64,000 bases of DNA from an uncultured Gemmatimonadales bacterium (GCA_963798085.1 CAWCRS010000005.1:704001-768000), one strand, 5' to 3'. Shown: positions 10,798 to 22,029, counted from the stretch's first letter. Made by a program: numbers and translations. Notes: a model not told the origin generated them from the sequence alone.

Positions 10798-11289
10798 TCA
10801 GCCCCACTTCTCATCGGCCGTCGGGCCGTAGATGGAGGGCAGGGGCACATCGACCAGCCGCAAATACACGGTTAGCTGGCCGCGATGATGGATCAGATGG
10901 CTCAGGTGCTGGCGCGTCACTGCACCGCGCGGCGCCGTGAACAGCACACGCTCCCCCATCTTGAGGGACCACGGCACGGCCAGCTCCGCATCGGTCACGG
11001 CCGCCAGTGCACCGCGCGCGTCGTTCACGTTCCTGTCGAACTGACTCAGCAGCGTTTCTGTCGATTCCATGCTGTAGCCGCCGGCGTTCGCGAGGTTGAT
11101 CTCGGTGGCCCGCAGCGTCTGCGTGATCCAACCGGGAATCCAGGAAACCAGCTGCGCCAGGTGGCCGAGCGCGAACGATTTCGCATGCGGCTTCCACTCG
11201 CCCTTGTCGGAAGGCACGCGCTCCAGCAGGCGCCGCGTCGCTGCCATTTCCTGATCGAATTCCGTCAACGGTATGGCGGGTTCGTGCAT
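10798..11289 (-). CDS. DinB family protein
   Basis: EMAATRRLLERVP...WKPHAKSFALGHLAQ...HLIHHRGQLTVYLRLVDVPLPSIYGPTADE. Confidence 0.9.
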   Translation of the reverse strand: MHEPAIPLTEFDQEMAATRRLLERVPSDKGEWKPHAKSFALGHLAQLVSWIPGWITQTLRATEINLANAGGYSMESTETLLSQFDRNVNDARGALAAVTDAELAVPWSLKMGERVLFTAPRGAVTRQHLSHLIHHRGQLTVYLRLVDVPLPSIYGPTADEKWG

Positions 11290-11552
11290 TGTCTTTTCCG
11301 GCTCCGGCGCAGGACTGTGTCGATGGACTCGCTCTCGCTGCAGCATCCTATGCGAACCGCACGGTTCCGCCAAGGCCCGCACGTCCAGCCTGGCCGGCTC
11401 CCTGCCGTGTTTCAGGCGACGCTGTCGGTCCTCTCTTCACCACGCCTCGGTCCATGCCGCAGCAGCCGCGGCGCGCACGACGGTCCGGATGCACGAACGT
11501 CCGGACCAGCGGCCCGGACGTTCGCTCTCGCTGCCTGCGCGCGGACCTGCGA

Positions 11553-12596
11553 TCAGTGGCTGATCGCGAAGAACCACGCACCCACGATCGGACCGCGCCC
11601 GCGACCCCGGCCACCCGCCGGCGGCGGACTGTTGGGATCGGGCGGACCATACTCCGGCTGGAACAGATACGCGATGTGCGTCACCGGATCCACACTGATG
11701 GTCTTCGCGCCCGTCATGGTGGTCACCGTGGCCACCACCGTGTACTTGTCCGGACCATCCTGATGCGCAACCGTGACGTTCCCGCTGCGTCCCGCCGGGA
11801 TGTAGATCAACTTCTGCTGCGGATCCCAGCCCAGCGCGTCGACGCCCTCGCCGTTGGCAATCGTCGCCACCACCTTGCCCGAGCCCGGATCCACGACCAC
11901 CGAATTGTTGCCGCAACCCGAGAAGATGCGGTTGTTGGCGGGATCGTAGGCAATGCCCGTGGGACCCTCACACGGCGCCAGCGGCCAGGATGCCACCGCT
12001 TTCATCGACTTCTCGTCGATCACCTGGATCGTGCTCGTGCCTTCATTGTTCACGAAAAGACGACCCTTGCCATCACTCGCCGCGCCTTCCGGTGCGTTGT
12101 CCTCCAGCTCGGCGGTACCCACAATGTCGCCCGTCTTGGCATTGATCGCCGTGACTGTGCCGATGGGCCGGCTGTGGTTCGTGAGGATGACATGGTCGGA
12201 AAACGCGTCGTACATGATCCCGTCCAGACCACCCGTGTGCGTCGGAATCTTCTTGATCACCGCCAGCGTCTTCAGATCGAACATCGTAACCGTCGAATCG
12301 CCGGCGTTCGTCGTGAATCCGTGATTCGACTTCGGCGCCAGCGCAATGCCGTGCATGCGCGGCGTGTCCGGAATGTCGCCAAGCACCTTCCCCGTCTTGC
12401 CGTCCACTACCATGACGTGTGTGCCGCGCGAAACGAACACCCGGCCCGTGCCCGGCTCCGCCGTCAGATAGTCCGTGCCGCCTTCACCGCCGATGTTCCA
12501 CTTCTGCACCTTGAAATCCTGCGCGCGTGCGCTGACGGGCATGGCCAGTGCGCACGCGCTGGCCATGACAACTGCGCTGAATGAGCGTCTGCTCAT
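11553..12596 (-). CDS. secreted YncE/YVTN-type beta-propeller protein
   Basis: Signal peptide; GGEGGTDYLT, HGIALAP, WPLAPCEGPTGIAYD, GAKTISVDP; GGAGG RBS before ATG 12596. Confidence 0.85.
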   Translation of the reverse strand: MSRRSFSAVVMASACALAMPVSARAQDFKVQKWNIGGEGGTDYLTAEPGTGRVFVSRGTHVMVVDGKTGKVLGDIPDTPRMHGIALAPKSNHGFTTNAGDSTVTMFDLKTLAVIKKIPTHTGGLDGIMYDAFSDHVILTNHSRPIGTVTAINAKTGDIVGTAELEDNAPEGAASDGKGRLFVNNEGTSTIQVIDEKSMKAVASWPLAPCEGPTGIAYDPANNRIFSGCGNNSVVVDPGSGKVVATIANGEGVDALGWDPQQKLIYIPAGRSGNVTVAHQDGPDKYTVVATVTTMTGAKTISVDPVTHIAYLFQPEYGPPDPNSPPPAGGRGRGRGPIVGAWFFAISH

Positions 12597-12838
12597 GGGA
12601 CCCTCCATGGTGGACCGGTGGCACCGCCTCGAGCGCTTTGCCCGCTGTGCGTGCGTCCACCCGCAAACTAAGGCTCGTGCGCCCGCCCGCCAGCATCCGC
12701 GGCTGCACCGCCTCCCGCGCCGTGCCGCGGAAGCACCCGCGGCGTCCTGCTGTCATCCTGGCGTCATGTGGCGGCTCCGGCCCGACTCGCCTGACCGGCC
12801 GCAATAAACAGCCCGCTAGCCACACTGCGGATCTGCCA

Positions 12839-15289
12839 TCACACATCCTGCTCGTTGCGCATCACGCGCAGCGGATCCGTGCGCATCGCGAGGCGAGCGG
12901 GGCTCGCGGTCGCGAGCAGGCTCGCGCCGAGCAGCGTGGTGGCAGTCAGCGACAGTACCAGAGGATCGGTTGCAGTGACGCTGTAGAGCAGCGGCTGCAC
13001 CAGCCTGCCGAGCAGCGTTGCACCCGCGATTCCTGCGAGCACGCCGCTCCCGCCAATGGCGAGGCCCTGCCGCAGCACGAGTGCGCGTACACTGGCTGCC
13101 TGCGCGCCCAGCGCCATGCGGATGCCGATCTCGCGCGTACGCTGGCGCACGGAGAAGGCCAGCACGGCGTACGTGCCTACGACGGAGAGCAGCAGCCCGA
13201 GCAGCGCGAACGCAGCGCTGAGTGCGGATTGGAAGCGTGGTCGTGCGAGGGGTGCGGCCAGCAGGCGAGGCAGCGGTGTGATGCCGAGCAGGGCGGCGCC
13301 CGGCTCTTCCTGTGCGACGGTACGACGCAGTGTCGCGGCGAATGCGGCGGGATCGCCGGCCGTGCGCAGCGCGACATAGCCGGGGAACACGGGAATGCCC
13401 TGTTCGTACGGCACATACACGCTGGGGCGCACTTCGGTGAGGTCGCGGTAGCGCGCATCGGCAGTGACCCCGACGACGGTGCGCCAGGGATCGGTTGACT
13501 CCGCCATGCCCAGTTTGATGCGCCGGCCGATCGCGTCCGCACCCGGCCAGTACAGGCGGGCAAACGCCTCGTTAACCCAGACCACGGGTGCACTGCCGGC
13601 GCGATCATTCTCGCGGATGGCCCGGCCGCGCACGATGGGCAGACCCAGCGTCCTGAAGTAGGCCGCATCCACGGCCTCGTAGTTGGCGTATGGATTGCTC
13701 GCGGCCGCGCGCGTCTGGCCCTCGGCGTACCAGACCGCATCGACGCCACCGTTGACTGCGAACGGCTGCGTTGCCACGGCACTCGCACTGCTGATGCCGG
13801 GCACCGCGGCGATGTGCTCTGCGAGACGCACCATGGCGCGCTGAAACTGCGGTGCTTCCGTGTGCAGACCCGGCGGCATGGCGATATCGACGAGCGCCAC
13901 GCTCTGTGCGTCGAAACCGGCGTCCAGATGAAGCATGCGGTCGAGGCTGCGCAGCAGCAGCCCCGCGATGGAGAGAATGATCGTGGTCACGGCGATCTGC
14001 CCCGCGACCAGCGTGTGGCGCAGCAGGCCGCCCCGCCCATCGGAGGCGTGGCCGGCGCCGCGCACACGCAATGCCTCGCCTTGCGCTGCCCGTGCTGTCC
14101 GTACGGCTGGCAGCATGCCGAACAGCACGGCTCCGGCGAGCGCAATCGCGGCCGTGAACCCGAGCGCGCGACCATCCAGCGCGATCTGCGAGAGGCGAGG
14201 CAGTTCCGGCGGCGCGAAGGCGAGCAGAACGTGCAGTGTCGCATACGCCAGGCAGAGTCCCGCGATGCTGGCGGCCACCACGAGCACGGTCGCTTCCGTG
14301 GCGAGCTGGCGCAGCAGCCGGCCGCGGCTCGCACCCATGGCGCTGCGCACGGCCAGCTCGCGCGCCCGGGTGAGTCCGCGCACGAGCAGCAGGTTCGCAA
14401 CGTTCACGCCGGCTACCAGCAGCACGAGCAGCACCGCGGCCGCGAGCACCAGCAGTCCGGGGCGCACATCGCCCACCACGACATCGGCGAACGGCACTGC
14501 ACGAACAAGCTGTTGGGTCTCCAGTCCGGTGTCGACCTGCTGCGTCGCGGCAGCCAGCTCGGCCCGTGCCTGCGCCACGGTGAACCCCGGCGCTACGCGG
14601 GCCACGATATCCCAATCCACCTGGTCGGCATCACGCAGCGAATGCGCGCCGGTCAGCCGCGAGAGGTAGAAGGGAACGGCCGCGACCCACGCCTGCGCGC
14701 CCCCCGGGTACTCGAATCCGGGCGATGCGATCCCGGCCACGGTGTACGTCACGTCGTCAATGCGCAGCGTGCGGCCCGTGACTGCCTCCCTGCCGAACAG
14801 GCGGCGTGCGGCGGCGTCCGCTAACACAATGACAGGCGAGGCGCCGACGCGGTCGTCACCGGCCGTCAGCATGCGACCGGATGCGGCCCGTACGCCCAGC
14901 ACCCCGAACCAGTCGCCGGTCACGGGCGTGACCGCGAGCGGCACGGCGCGATCGCCCAGCTGCAGCGCCGTGCGATTGGTGCCGTTGTACGGGTGTGCCG
15001 CCAGGTCGCTCACTGTGCGCAACCGGCCGCGCAACGCAGCGTATGCCTCGTACGTGAACGGCATGTGCGCAAAGCCGCGCTGCGGCAGCGACGTCCAAAC
15101 CACCAGCAGCTGCGCCTGGTCCTGCACCGGAAGCGGTTTGAGCAGCACGCCGTCCACCACGCTGAAGACGGCGGTGGTTGCCCCCATGCCCAGCGCCAGC
15201 GTGAGCACGGCCGTAGCCGCGAAGCCGGCGCGCGCGCGGAATGTGCGCAGCGCAAACCTCACGTCCTGGCGCAATCCTTCGAAGGGCAT
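12839..15289 (-). CDS. ADOP family duplicated ABC permease (MacB/FtsX x2)
   Basis: DVRFALR...LTLALGMGATTAVFSVV, NVANLLL..R.RELAVR.AMGASRGRL, QRTREIGIRMALGA, DPLRVMRNE. Confidence 0.93.
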   Translation of the reverse strand: MPFEGLRQDVRFALRTFRARAGFAATAVLTLALGMGATTAVFSVVDGVLLKPLPVQDQAQLLVVWTSLPQRGFAHMPFTYEAYAALRGRLRTVSDLAAHPYNGTNRTALQLGDRAVPLAVTPVTGDWFGVLGVRAASGRMLTAGDDRVGASPVIVLADAAARRLFGREAVTGRTLRIDDVTYTVAGIASPGFEYPGGAQAWVAAVPFYLSRLTGAHSLRDADQVDWDIVARVAPGFTVAQARAELAAATQQVDTGLETQQLVRAVPFADVVVGDVRPGLLVLAAAVLLVLLVAGVNVANLLLVRGLTRARELAVRSAMGASRGRLLRQLATEATVLVVAASIAGLCLAYATLHVLLAFAPPELPRLSQIALDGRALGFTAAIALAGAVLFGMLPAVRTARAAQGEALRVRGAGHASDGRGGLLRHTLVAGQIAVTTIILSIAGLLLRSLDRMLHLDAGFDAQSVALVDIAMPPGLHTEAPQFQRAMVRLAEHIAAVPGISSASAVATQPFAVNGGVDAVWYAEGQTRAAASNPYANYEAVDAAYFRTLGLPIVRGRAIRENDRAGSAPVVWVNEAFARLYWPGADAIGRRIKLGMAESTDPWRTVVGVTADARYRDLTEVRPSVYVPYEQGIPVFPGYVALRTAGDPAAFAATLRRTVAQEEPGAALLGITPLPRLLAAPLARPRFQSALSAAFALLGLLLSVVGTYAVLAFSVRQRTREIGIRMALGAQAASVRALVLRQGLAIGGSGVLAGIAGATLLGRLVQPLLYSVTATDPLVLSLTATTLLGASLLATASPARLAMRTDPLRVMRNEQDV

Positions 15290-15490
15290 GCTGCCTCCCG
15301 TGAACCTCTGGCTGCGACGCGCCACCGTGCTCGAGCGTGTGCCGTTCAATGTGACGGACCCGGAGCGCCTTTGCCAGTCGACGCGCTGCGCCGACAGGCA
15401 CGCCCGTCACCAACGCGCTGCGGTCGCGCGGCTGGCCGGCGCTACGACCGCTGGCTATGGTTTGCGCTCGCTGCCAGCAACGGAGTGTGC

Positions 15491-16075
15491 GTGAAGACAC
15501 TGGTGTTTCTGATCGGCCCGCCCGCGGTGGGCAAGATGACGGTCGGGCACGCGCTCTCAGCGCTGACCGGACTGCCGCTGTTTCACAATCACCTGAGCAT
15601 CGAGGCAGTGCTGCCCATCTTTCCCTTCGGTTCGCCGGCGTTCGGGCGACTGGTGGGGCAGTTCCGCGAGCGGGTCTTCGAGGAAGTGGCGGAGAGCGAC
15701 CATCCGGGCCTGATCTTCACCTTCGTGTGGGCATTCGATGAGCCGCGCGACCTGGCGTACATTGAGGGGTTGAAAGCGATCTTCGAAACGCGCGGCCACC
15801 GCGCGGTGTTCGTCGAGCTGTACGCCAATGTGGAGACGAGGATGCGGCGCAACATGACGGAGCCGCGCATCACTGCCAAGCCGTCGAAACGCGATCTGGA
15901 GCAGTCACGCGCCCGGCTGCTCGACGCGGACACGCGCCACCGTCTCAACTCGACGGGCGATTTCCCCTTCGCGGATCACCTCCGCATCGACAACTCCCGC
16001 CTCGAGCCGGCAGCCGTGGCCGAACAGATCGTGGCGCACTTCGGCATTCCGACCCGCCACAGCACCTCCGCCTGA
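15491..16075 (+). CDS. P-loop kinase (shikimate/nucleoside kinase-like, AAA_33-type)
   Basis: GTG start after GGAG; LIGPPAVGKMTVG Walker A, LFHNHLSIE, IFTFVWAFD, FVELYA, RIDNS. Confidence 0.85.
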   Translation: MKTLVFLIGPPAVGKMTVGHALSALTGLPLFHNHLSIEAVLPIFPFGSPAFGRLVGQFRERVFEEVAESDHPGLIFTFVWAFDEPRDLAYIEGLKAIFETRGHRAVFVELYANVETRMRRNMTEPRITAKPSKRDLEQSRARLLDADTRHRLNSTGDFPFADHLRIDNSRLEPAAVAEQIVAHFGIPTRHSTSA

Positions 16076-16149
16076 ACCGCAGCGTCGCGCTTCCCCACCC
16101 TCGCACGCAGGCCGCGCGCAGTTCCTCACGCCCTGCCCGCACGAGACGG

Positions 16150-16872
16150 GGCTCATGGCCTGTCCATTGCCGCCGGTGGTGATTTGGCGATCGGCGTGAC
16201 CGGGCCGTGGCCGCAACCGCCCGGATTGGGATCAGCGTAGGGTCCCATGCCATCAATGAAGATGGTGCCGTGCAAATGCCGCACGGTGTCACGGTGATGC
16301 GCAATGTGCCGCCGTGACTGCCCACAAACAGCGGGTTATCGGAGGGCCCCCCGTTCAGGGCGTGGGTGATGATAGGGTCAGGAACGAAATTGACGTTGGG
16401 GAACAGTGGTTGCCGGTTGCACCGGGCGCGCCTGACCTGCCCAGCGTGATGGCGAAGAGACCGGTCACGCCGTCCGCGCCGGCATGGCCGCCTTTCAGCA
16501 GCACGGCGCCACCCCCGCCGCCGGGCACAGCGGCCCATTCCTGATCGATCGTGATGGAATTGCGAGCGGCGATGCTCACGCCGCCGCCAGGGCCGCCATT
16601 TCGTGGCCATGGCCGGACCAGCGCGCTCTGGTCCGTGGCTCGCGTTGATCGCACCTTTCGGCATTTTCACGACCGGGCCGTTGCTGAGCATGTCCTTGCC
16701 CTGCGTCCGACTCCCCTGCGTCCCCGGCGCCCGCCCGCCCGCACCATTCCGGACAGCTGCAGCGGGAGCGGCGCGTTGTCGCGCACACCCAGCACGAGAT
16801 CGGCACTGACCCCACCCGCGCTCGCCGTGATGTGAACGTCACCGGGCGCGGGCTGGATGTCGCGTGCTCATG
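16150..16872 (-). pseudogene. probable decayed fragment of a glycine-rich secreted/surface protein
   Basis: Protein-like segments lie in alternating frames: PGDVHITASAGGVSADLVLGV / VVKMPKGAINASHG / NGGPGGGVSIAARNSITID...GGGGGAVLLKGGHAGADG / LFPNVNFVPDPIITHALNGG...GGTLRITVT. There is no continuous ORF. Confidence 0.3.
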
Positions 16873-16972
16873 ACGCTCCCGCTCCGGTTCCGCGTTTCAG
16901 GCTGCGCGGTTAACGCATGAAAACCCGCGGGGAGTGATCATCAGGCAGGTCCGGTGTGGCAGCCGGCGCCTT

Positions 16973-18163
16973 TCAGCGACCGCCTGTCTGGATGCGTGCG
17001 CGCACCAGCGTCTCCGCGCCCAGCGAGTCCGTGCTCACGCCATACAGGGCGCCGCGCGCGAACATGGGCAGCGCCGGAAAGAGCACGAAGCGCACGTCCG
17101 ACTGCATGCGCCCGAGGTAGCGGCCCTCACTGTCGAACACGTCGAAGATGCGGCCATCCTCGGCGCCCGTGCCGTTGGGCTGGACGATGACGTGGCCCGT
17201 GTCGTCCGTGTAGATGCGTTCGAATGCCGGTTTCACGTCCGGGATGTCGCGCCGACCCGGTCGCGCATCCGGGCCCGGCGGCAGCTCCAGCACTTCGCGC
17301 ATGATCGAGTCCTTCTCGGCTTCGCTGACCGGCGCAGGAGGCCGGTCCACATCGATGATGCGCAGCGTGTCACCGCGCAGCGAACGCTGCACGAACTGAT
17401 AACGGTCGTTTACGCCGAACCAGAGGTAGCCGGCGGGATCGAAGTGGAAAATGAGGCGGGGCAGGAGGTGGAAGAGCGCGGTCGTGATCTGGCCGGTCGG
17501 ACGAGGCGGTGACAACATGGGCGGGAGTGTGTCAATGATAACACCCGTGTTCGCGGCCTTGCGGTAGTAGCGGAACGCGACCCGCCCATCACCCTCGAGT
17601 CGCGCCGCGGCATCGTACAGGAAACCATCGCGGCCCAGTCCACCCAGCCACGGAATCAGCGCGCTCGGCGTGCGCATTGGACGGTCCTCGAGGTGCGTGC
17701 CTGCGCTGTCATAGAGTGCATAGCGCGCATTGCCAATGTCGGCGACCCAGAGCCGGCCAGCCGCATCCCACGTCAGGCCCGTCACATTCTTGAATTCACC
17801 AGGTCCGGAACCGCTGCGCCCCAGCGTGCGCACGTATTTCCCGTGCGCGTCGAACATGCGCACCTCCGAGCTCGAACCGTCGGCCGCGACAATGTCCCCG
17901 TTGGGCGCGCCGCCCACGGCCACGATCTGGCTGAACAGCAGCGGACCACTGTGTGCGCCCGCGCCGATCTCGAGGTCGCGCACGATGTGCCAGCGCTCAC
18001 TGGCCTTCCAGATCCCGTCTCGCGGATTCGTCACGTGCAGCGCGCCGTTCGCCAGGGTGTCGACGCGCACCTTTCCGCCGCTGTCGCCTCCCTCGACTCC
18101 GTGGCAGGCCGCCAGCGTCAGCAGCAGCACTGCGACAATGCTGCAACACGATTCAAGGCGCAT
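16973..18163 (-). CDS. six-bladed beta-propeller (NHL-like) lipoprotein
   Basis: Lipobox LLLTLAAC; VRMFDAHGKYVRTLGRSGSGPGEF; FDVFDSEGRYLG. Start moved to ATG 18163. Confidence 0.85.
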   Translation of the reverse strand: MRLESCCSIVAVLLLTLAACHGVEGGDSGGKVRVDTLANGALHVTNPRDGIWKASERWHIVRDLEIGAGAHSGPLLFSQIVAVGGAPNGDIVAADGSSSEVRMFDAHGKYVRTLGRSGSGPGEFKNVTGLTWDAAGRLWVADIGNARYALYDSAGTHLEDRPMRTPSALIPWLGGLGRDGFLYDAAARLEGDGRVAFRYYRKAANTGVIIDTLPPMLSPPRPTGQITTALFHLLPRLIFHFDPAGYLWFGVNDRYQFVQRSLRGDTLRIIDVDRPPAPVSEAEKDSIMREVLELPPGPDARPGRRDIPDVKPAFERIYTDDTGHVIVQPNGTGAEDGRIFDVFDSEGRYLGRMQSDVRFVLFPALPMFARGALYGVSTDSLGAETLVRARIQTGGR

Positions 18164-18195
18164 GGCGGAGACCGTAGCGCACAACCGACGGCATA

Positions 18196-19188
18196 TCAAG
18201 GCTGTCCCTCTCGACGCAACCAGATGGCCCACGACGGGCAGATCCCGGGCATGCGGCAGCGAGCGCAGCTGTTTTGCTCGTTTTCTGATGTCTGCGGCCG
18301 GCACGTGCAGCTGCTCGAGGAACGTCGCGGACGTGGCCAGCAGCGAATCAATGGCACTCGGCGTGACTCGCCGCCGCGGCGCACGGAATCGAATGCGCAC
18401 GGGCCCCCGGTCGTGAGCGCGAATACGTCCACATCGATCCCATCCGGCCGCGTGCCGCAGGCTCTGTCCTCCGAAGCCACAAAGAGCGGATCGGGTACGA
18501 AGAGAGCGTTGCTCACGCCGCCTGCGTGGCGGTACTGCTCCGGCCACGCTGCGCCGGATATGGGGTCGCTGCTCATGCCCGTTCCCGGATCGAGCATGAA
18601 GAGTCTGATCGTGTCGCGGCCGGGCAGGCCGCGCATGCTGGCATGATCAGGAAAAATGACGAGCAATCCGATCCGCGAGTGTGCGAGGAAGTACGCATGC
18701 TCCACGCCATTGGCCGCTATCCGGGCTCCGGGCGGATTATGGATGGCAATGCGGTCGATGAACGTGCCGCTCGCGGTGAAGCGATTGAGGCCATGGAAAT
18801 CGATCACGAACAGCGTGTCATGCGCCAGCGCCAGCAGCGACGGGACGCGCAGCTCACCAGGCCCATCGCCGATACCACCGAGCTGGCGGATCAGCCGGCC
18901 GCTCGCATCGAACACGCGGACGTTCGCGGCACGCGCATCCACCACGAACGTCTCACTCATGGCGGACACGGCGATTCCCGGGACATTGGAGAAGCTCGAC
19001 GCCTCCGCGTCACCGTTGATGCGCATCTCCTGCTCGAGCCTCAGCGCGGGCGCAGCGGCCAGCATCTCTGCAGAAAGCTCCACGACCGGCACGCCGTCGT
19101 CGGGTTCCGGAATGACGACGACGCCCCCTCCGCCGCACGCGCCGCAGACACAGACGATCAGCGGCAGCATCAGATCGCTTTGCCTCAT
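18196..19188 (-). pseudogene. six-bladed beta-propeller lipoprotein, frameshifted near 18400 and apparently C-terminally truncated
   Basis: GGAGG RBS, VCGAC lipobox, VRVFDASGRLIRQLGGIGDGPGEL. The natural continuation (RFRAPRRRVTPSAID...LPVVGHLVAS) is in the frame of the next gene and lacks the usual last blades. Confidence 0.65.
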
Positions 19189-19332
19189 CGGGCCTCCGGG
19201 GATGAACACGGAGGTGGTCCGGCGAACCCGCAGACCGACAACTGTTGGGCCGGGAATCAGCGACCGCTGAGCACCTTCGCCCTGCGTCGCTCATCGATCA
19301 GGCGCGCGCCCGGCCCGCTCGATTCCCCGCGG

Positions 19333-22029
19333 CTACTCGGCGCGCAGCGCGACCGCGGGATCGACCCGGGCGGCGCGCGCCGCTGGCAGCCAGCAGGCGG
19401 CGACGCCGACGGCGGTGAGACCCAGCGCGACGGCCCCGAGCGTGAGCGGGTCGTGCGGCGTGACGCCATAGAGCAGGCCGCGCAGCAGCCGCGTCGCCAG
19501 CAGTGCGCCGACCAGACCGGCCCCCAAACCCGCCGTTAGCAGTACGCCGCCCTCGCCCAGCACCATGCGCTGCACACGCGGCGGGTTCGCGCCCAGACTC
19601 ATGCGTATGCCGATCTCCGCGGTTCGTGACCGCACGGAGAACGCGAGCACGCCGGCAATGCCCACCATCGCGATCAGCAGCGCCAGCGTGCCGAACGACG
19701 CGATGAACAACGCGTTGCGACGGCGCGGCGCCACGGTTTCGTCGCGGATCTGTTCCACTGTCTCAATGTGCTCGATCAGCTGGCGCGGGTAGATCTCGTG
19801 GATCGTGCGCACGATCGCCGGCTGCAGCGCCACGGGATCCGCAGCCGTCCGCACGACCAGCGCGCCGCCAATGATGAACTCCTGTGCGAACGGCTGGTAC
19901 ATGGTCGGCGCAGGATCGCTTTCCAGGCCCGCATCGCGGGTGTCGCCCACGATGCCCACGACCGTGCGCCAGTCGTCCGTGAAAGGAGTGAACTTCAGCA
20001 CCGCGCCGGTCCAGGCGACACGCCGGCCGATCGGATCCACATCGCCGAAGAGCAGTCGGGCGAGTGCCGCGTTCAATATGACGACCAGCCCCGTGCCCCG
20101 TCGGTCCGTCGTCTGGAATGCGCGACCCCCGAGCAGCGGGATGCCGCTCGCTGTGAACCAGTCATGGTCGACCGTCTTCATTGCGGCGTGCGGCGTCGGC
20201 CGGTCCGGCGGCACGGTGCGGCCCTCGGCTTTCACTTCGAGGTCGATCATCGATCTGCGCAGCGGCGCCACGCTGCCGAGCGCCGCCATCCCCGCACCGG
20301 GTATCGCGGCCACATGATCGCGTATGCCTTCGTACTTTGCGAGGTTCTCCGGCTGCTTCATCAACTCACGCAGGAGGTCGCCCTCCAGCGGCAGCTCGAG
20401 CGTGAGCACGTGCTCGGCGTGCACCCCACTGTCCACCGATTCGAGCTTGCTCAGCGTGCGCATCAGCAGACCCGCGCCGGTGAGCAGCACCACGCATGCG
20501 GCAATCTGCGCAATCACGAGCGCGCCCTGGAAGCGGCGCCGCCCGCGGCCGAGCGTGATGCGGCGCCCCGCCGGCGCCAGCGACGCGGCGAGCCCGCGGT
20601 CACCGCCGATCCCCGTGACAAACGACAGCGCGATCGCGGCGGCAATGCTCGTCAACAGCCCGACCGCGAGCACAACGCCGTCGACGCGGATCTCGGAGGC
20701 GCGCGGCGAAAGCTGCGCCGCAAACGCCACGAGTATCCTGAGGCCGGCATACGCGATGAGCACACCGAGACCGCCGCCCAGCAGTGACAGACCCAGATTC
20801 TCGACGAGCAGCAGACGGCGCAGCCGCACACGACCGGCCCCGAGCGCCGCGCGCACCTGCATCTCGCGCTCGCGCCCGACGCCACGCATGAGCGTGAGAC
20901 TGGAGACATTGGCGCAGGCAATCAGCAGCACGAATGCCGCCGCGCTCATCAACAGCCAGAAGGTGAGCGACGCACGCTCGTTCAGCGCCTGGCGCAGCGG
21001 CTTCACCGTGATCGTGTACCGTGACGCCTTCTCATACGTCTCCGGATGATCGCGGAACATCGTGGACGCAATGCGGTCGATCTCGTCGCGCGCCTGCGCG
21101 ACCGTGCTGCCGGGCGCCAGACGCGCGAACATCTCCGTCATGCGGTGCGAGCGGTCGGTTACCATCGTCGCACTCAGATGATGCGGGCTCGTCACCGTGT
21201 TTACGAACACGTCATTGCGCTGCGGGTAGTCCGGCGCGGACTGCACGACACCGATCACCGTCGTCACCTTGTCGTTGAGGCGGACTGCACGCCCCACGAT
21301 GCCCGGGTCACCCCCGAAGTGGTCCTTCCAGAACGGCAGCGTCAGCACCGCGACAGGCGAGGCCGCCGCACCGTCGTCCTGAGGATTCGTCAGGCGACCC
21401 AGCACCGGCTGCAGACCCATGACCTCGAAGAAATCGCCGCTGACAACGCCCGTCCGCACGCGTGTCGACACGCCGTCGCTGCCGATCATGGTGAACGGCA
21501 GCACGGAAGAGTATTCGGCAATGTTGGAGAGTGTCTTCGCCAATGTGCGGTAGTCCTCGACCTCGGGAACCGAGAAGAGCACGTTCTGCTGCCCCGTCCC
21601 CTGCGCCGACTGCCGCAGGTACAAGAGTCGGCCACCCTCACGATTGGGCAGTGGCCGAAGCAAAGTGCCGCGCAACAGCGTGAACATGGCCGTATTTGCA
21701 CCAATGCCCAGCGCCAGCGTGAGGATGACCGTCAGCGAGAAAACCGGCGCACGTCGCTGACTGCGCAGAGCGAACACAATGTCGCGACCCAGCTCCTCGA
21801 GCCAGCCTGTGCCGCGCGTGTCGCGCACCTGCTCCTTGCGCAGGTCAATGCCACCCAGGGCCCGCAGCGCCGCGGTCCGCGCCGCCCGCGCCGGCATGCC
21901 CTGCCGCAGATTCTCCGCAATCTGCTGCTCCAGATGGTACCGCAGTTCCTCATCGAGCTCGCGCTCGACTTCGCTCCGCCGGAAGAGTGTGCGCAGGCGG
22001 AGCCGCACAATGCGCAACCATCGACCCAT
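19333..22029 (-). CDS. ADOP family duplicated ABC permease with N-terminal prefix domain
   Basis: LFRRSEVERELDEELRYHLE, LALGIGANTAMF, LIACANVSSL, RTAEIGIRMSLGA, VDPAVALRAE. Confidence 0.95.
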   Translation of the reverse strand: MGRWLRIVRLRLRTLFRRSEVERELDEELRYHLEQQIAENLRQGMPARAARTAALRALGGIDLRKEQVRDTRGTGWLEELGRDIVFALRSQRRAPVFSLTVILTLALGIGANTAMFTLLRGTLLRPLPNREGGRLLYLRQSAQGTGQQNVLFSVPEVEDYRTLAKTLSNIAEYSSVLPFTMIGSDGVSTRVRTGVVSGDFFEVMGLQPVLGRLTNPQDDGAAASPVAVLTLPFWKDHFGGDPGIVGRAVRLNDKVTTVIGVVQSAPDYPQRNDVFVNTVTSPHHLSATMVTDRSHRMTEMFARLAPGSTVAQARDEIDRIASTMFRDHPETYEKASRYTITVKPLRQALNERASLTFWLLMSAAAFVLLIACANVSSLTLMRGVGREREMQVRAALGAGRVRLRRLLLVENLGLSLLGGGLGVLIAYAGLRILVAFAAQLSPRASEIRVDGVVLAVGLLTSIAAAIALSFVTGIGGDRGLAASLAPAGRRITLGRGRRRFQGALVIAQIAACVVLLTGAGLLMRTLSKLESVDSGVHAEHVLTLELPLEGDLLRELMKQPENLAKYEGIRDHVAAIPGAGMAALGSVAPLRRSMIDLEVKAEGRTVPPDRPTPHAAMKTVDHDWFTASGIPLLGGRAFQTTDRRGTGLVVILNAALARLLFGDVDPIGRRVAWTGAVLKFTPFTDDWRTVVGIVGDTRDAGLESDPAPTMYQPFAQEFIIGGALVVRTAADPVALQPAIVRTIHEIYPRQLIEHIETVEQIRDETVAPRRRNALFIASFGTLALLIAMVGIAGVLAFSVRSRTAEIGIRMSLGANPPRVQRMVLGEGGVLLTAGLGAGLVGALLATRLLRGLLYGVTPHDPLTLGAVALGLTAVGVAACWLPAARAARVDPAVALRAE

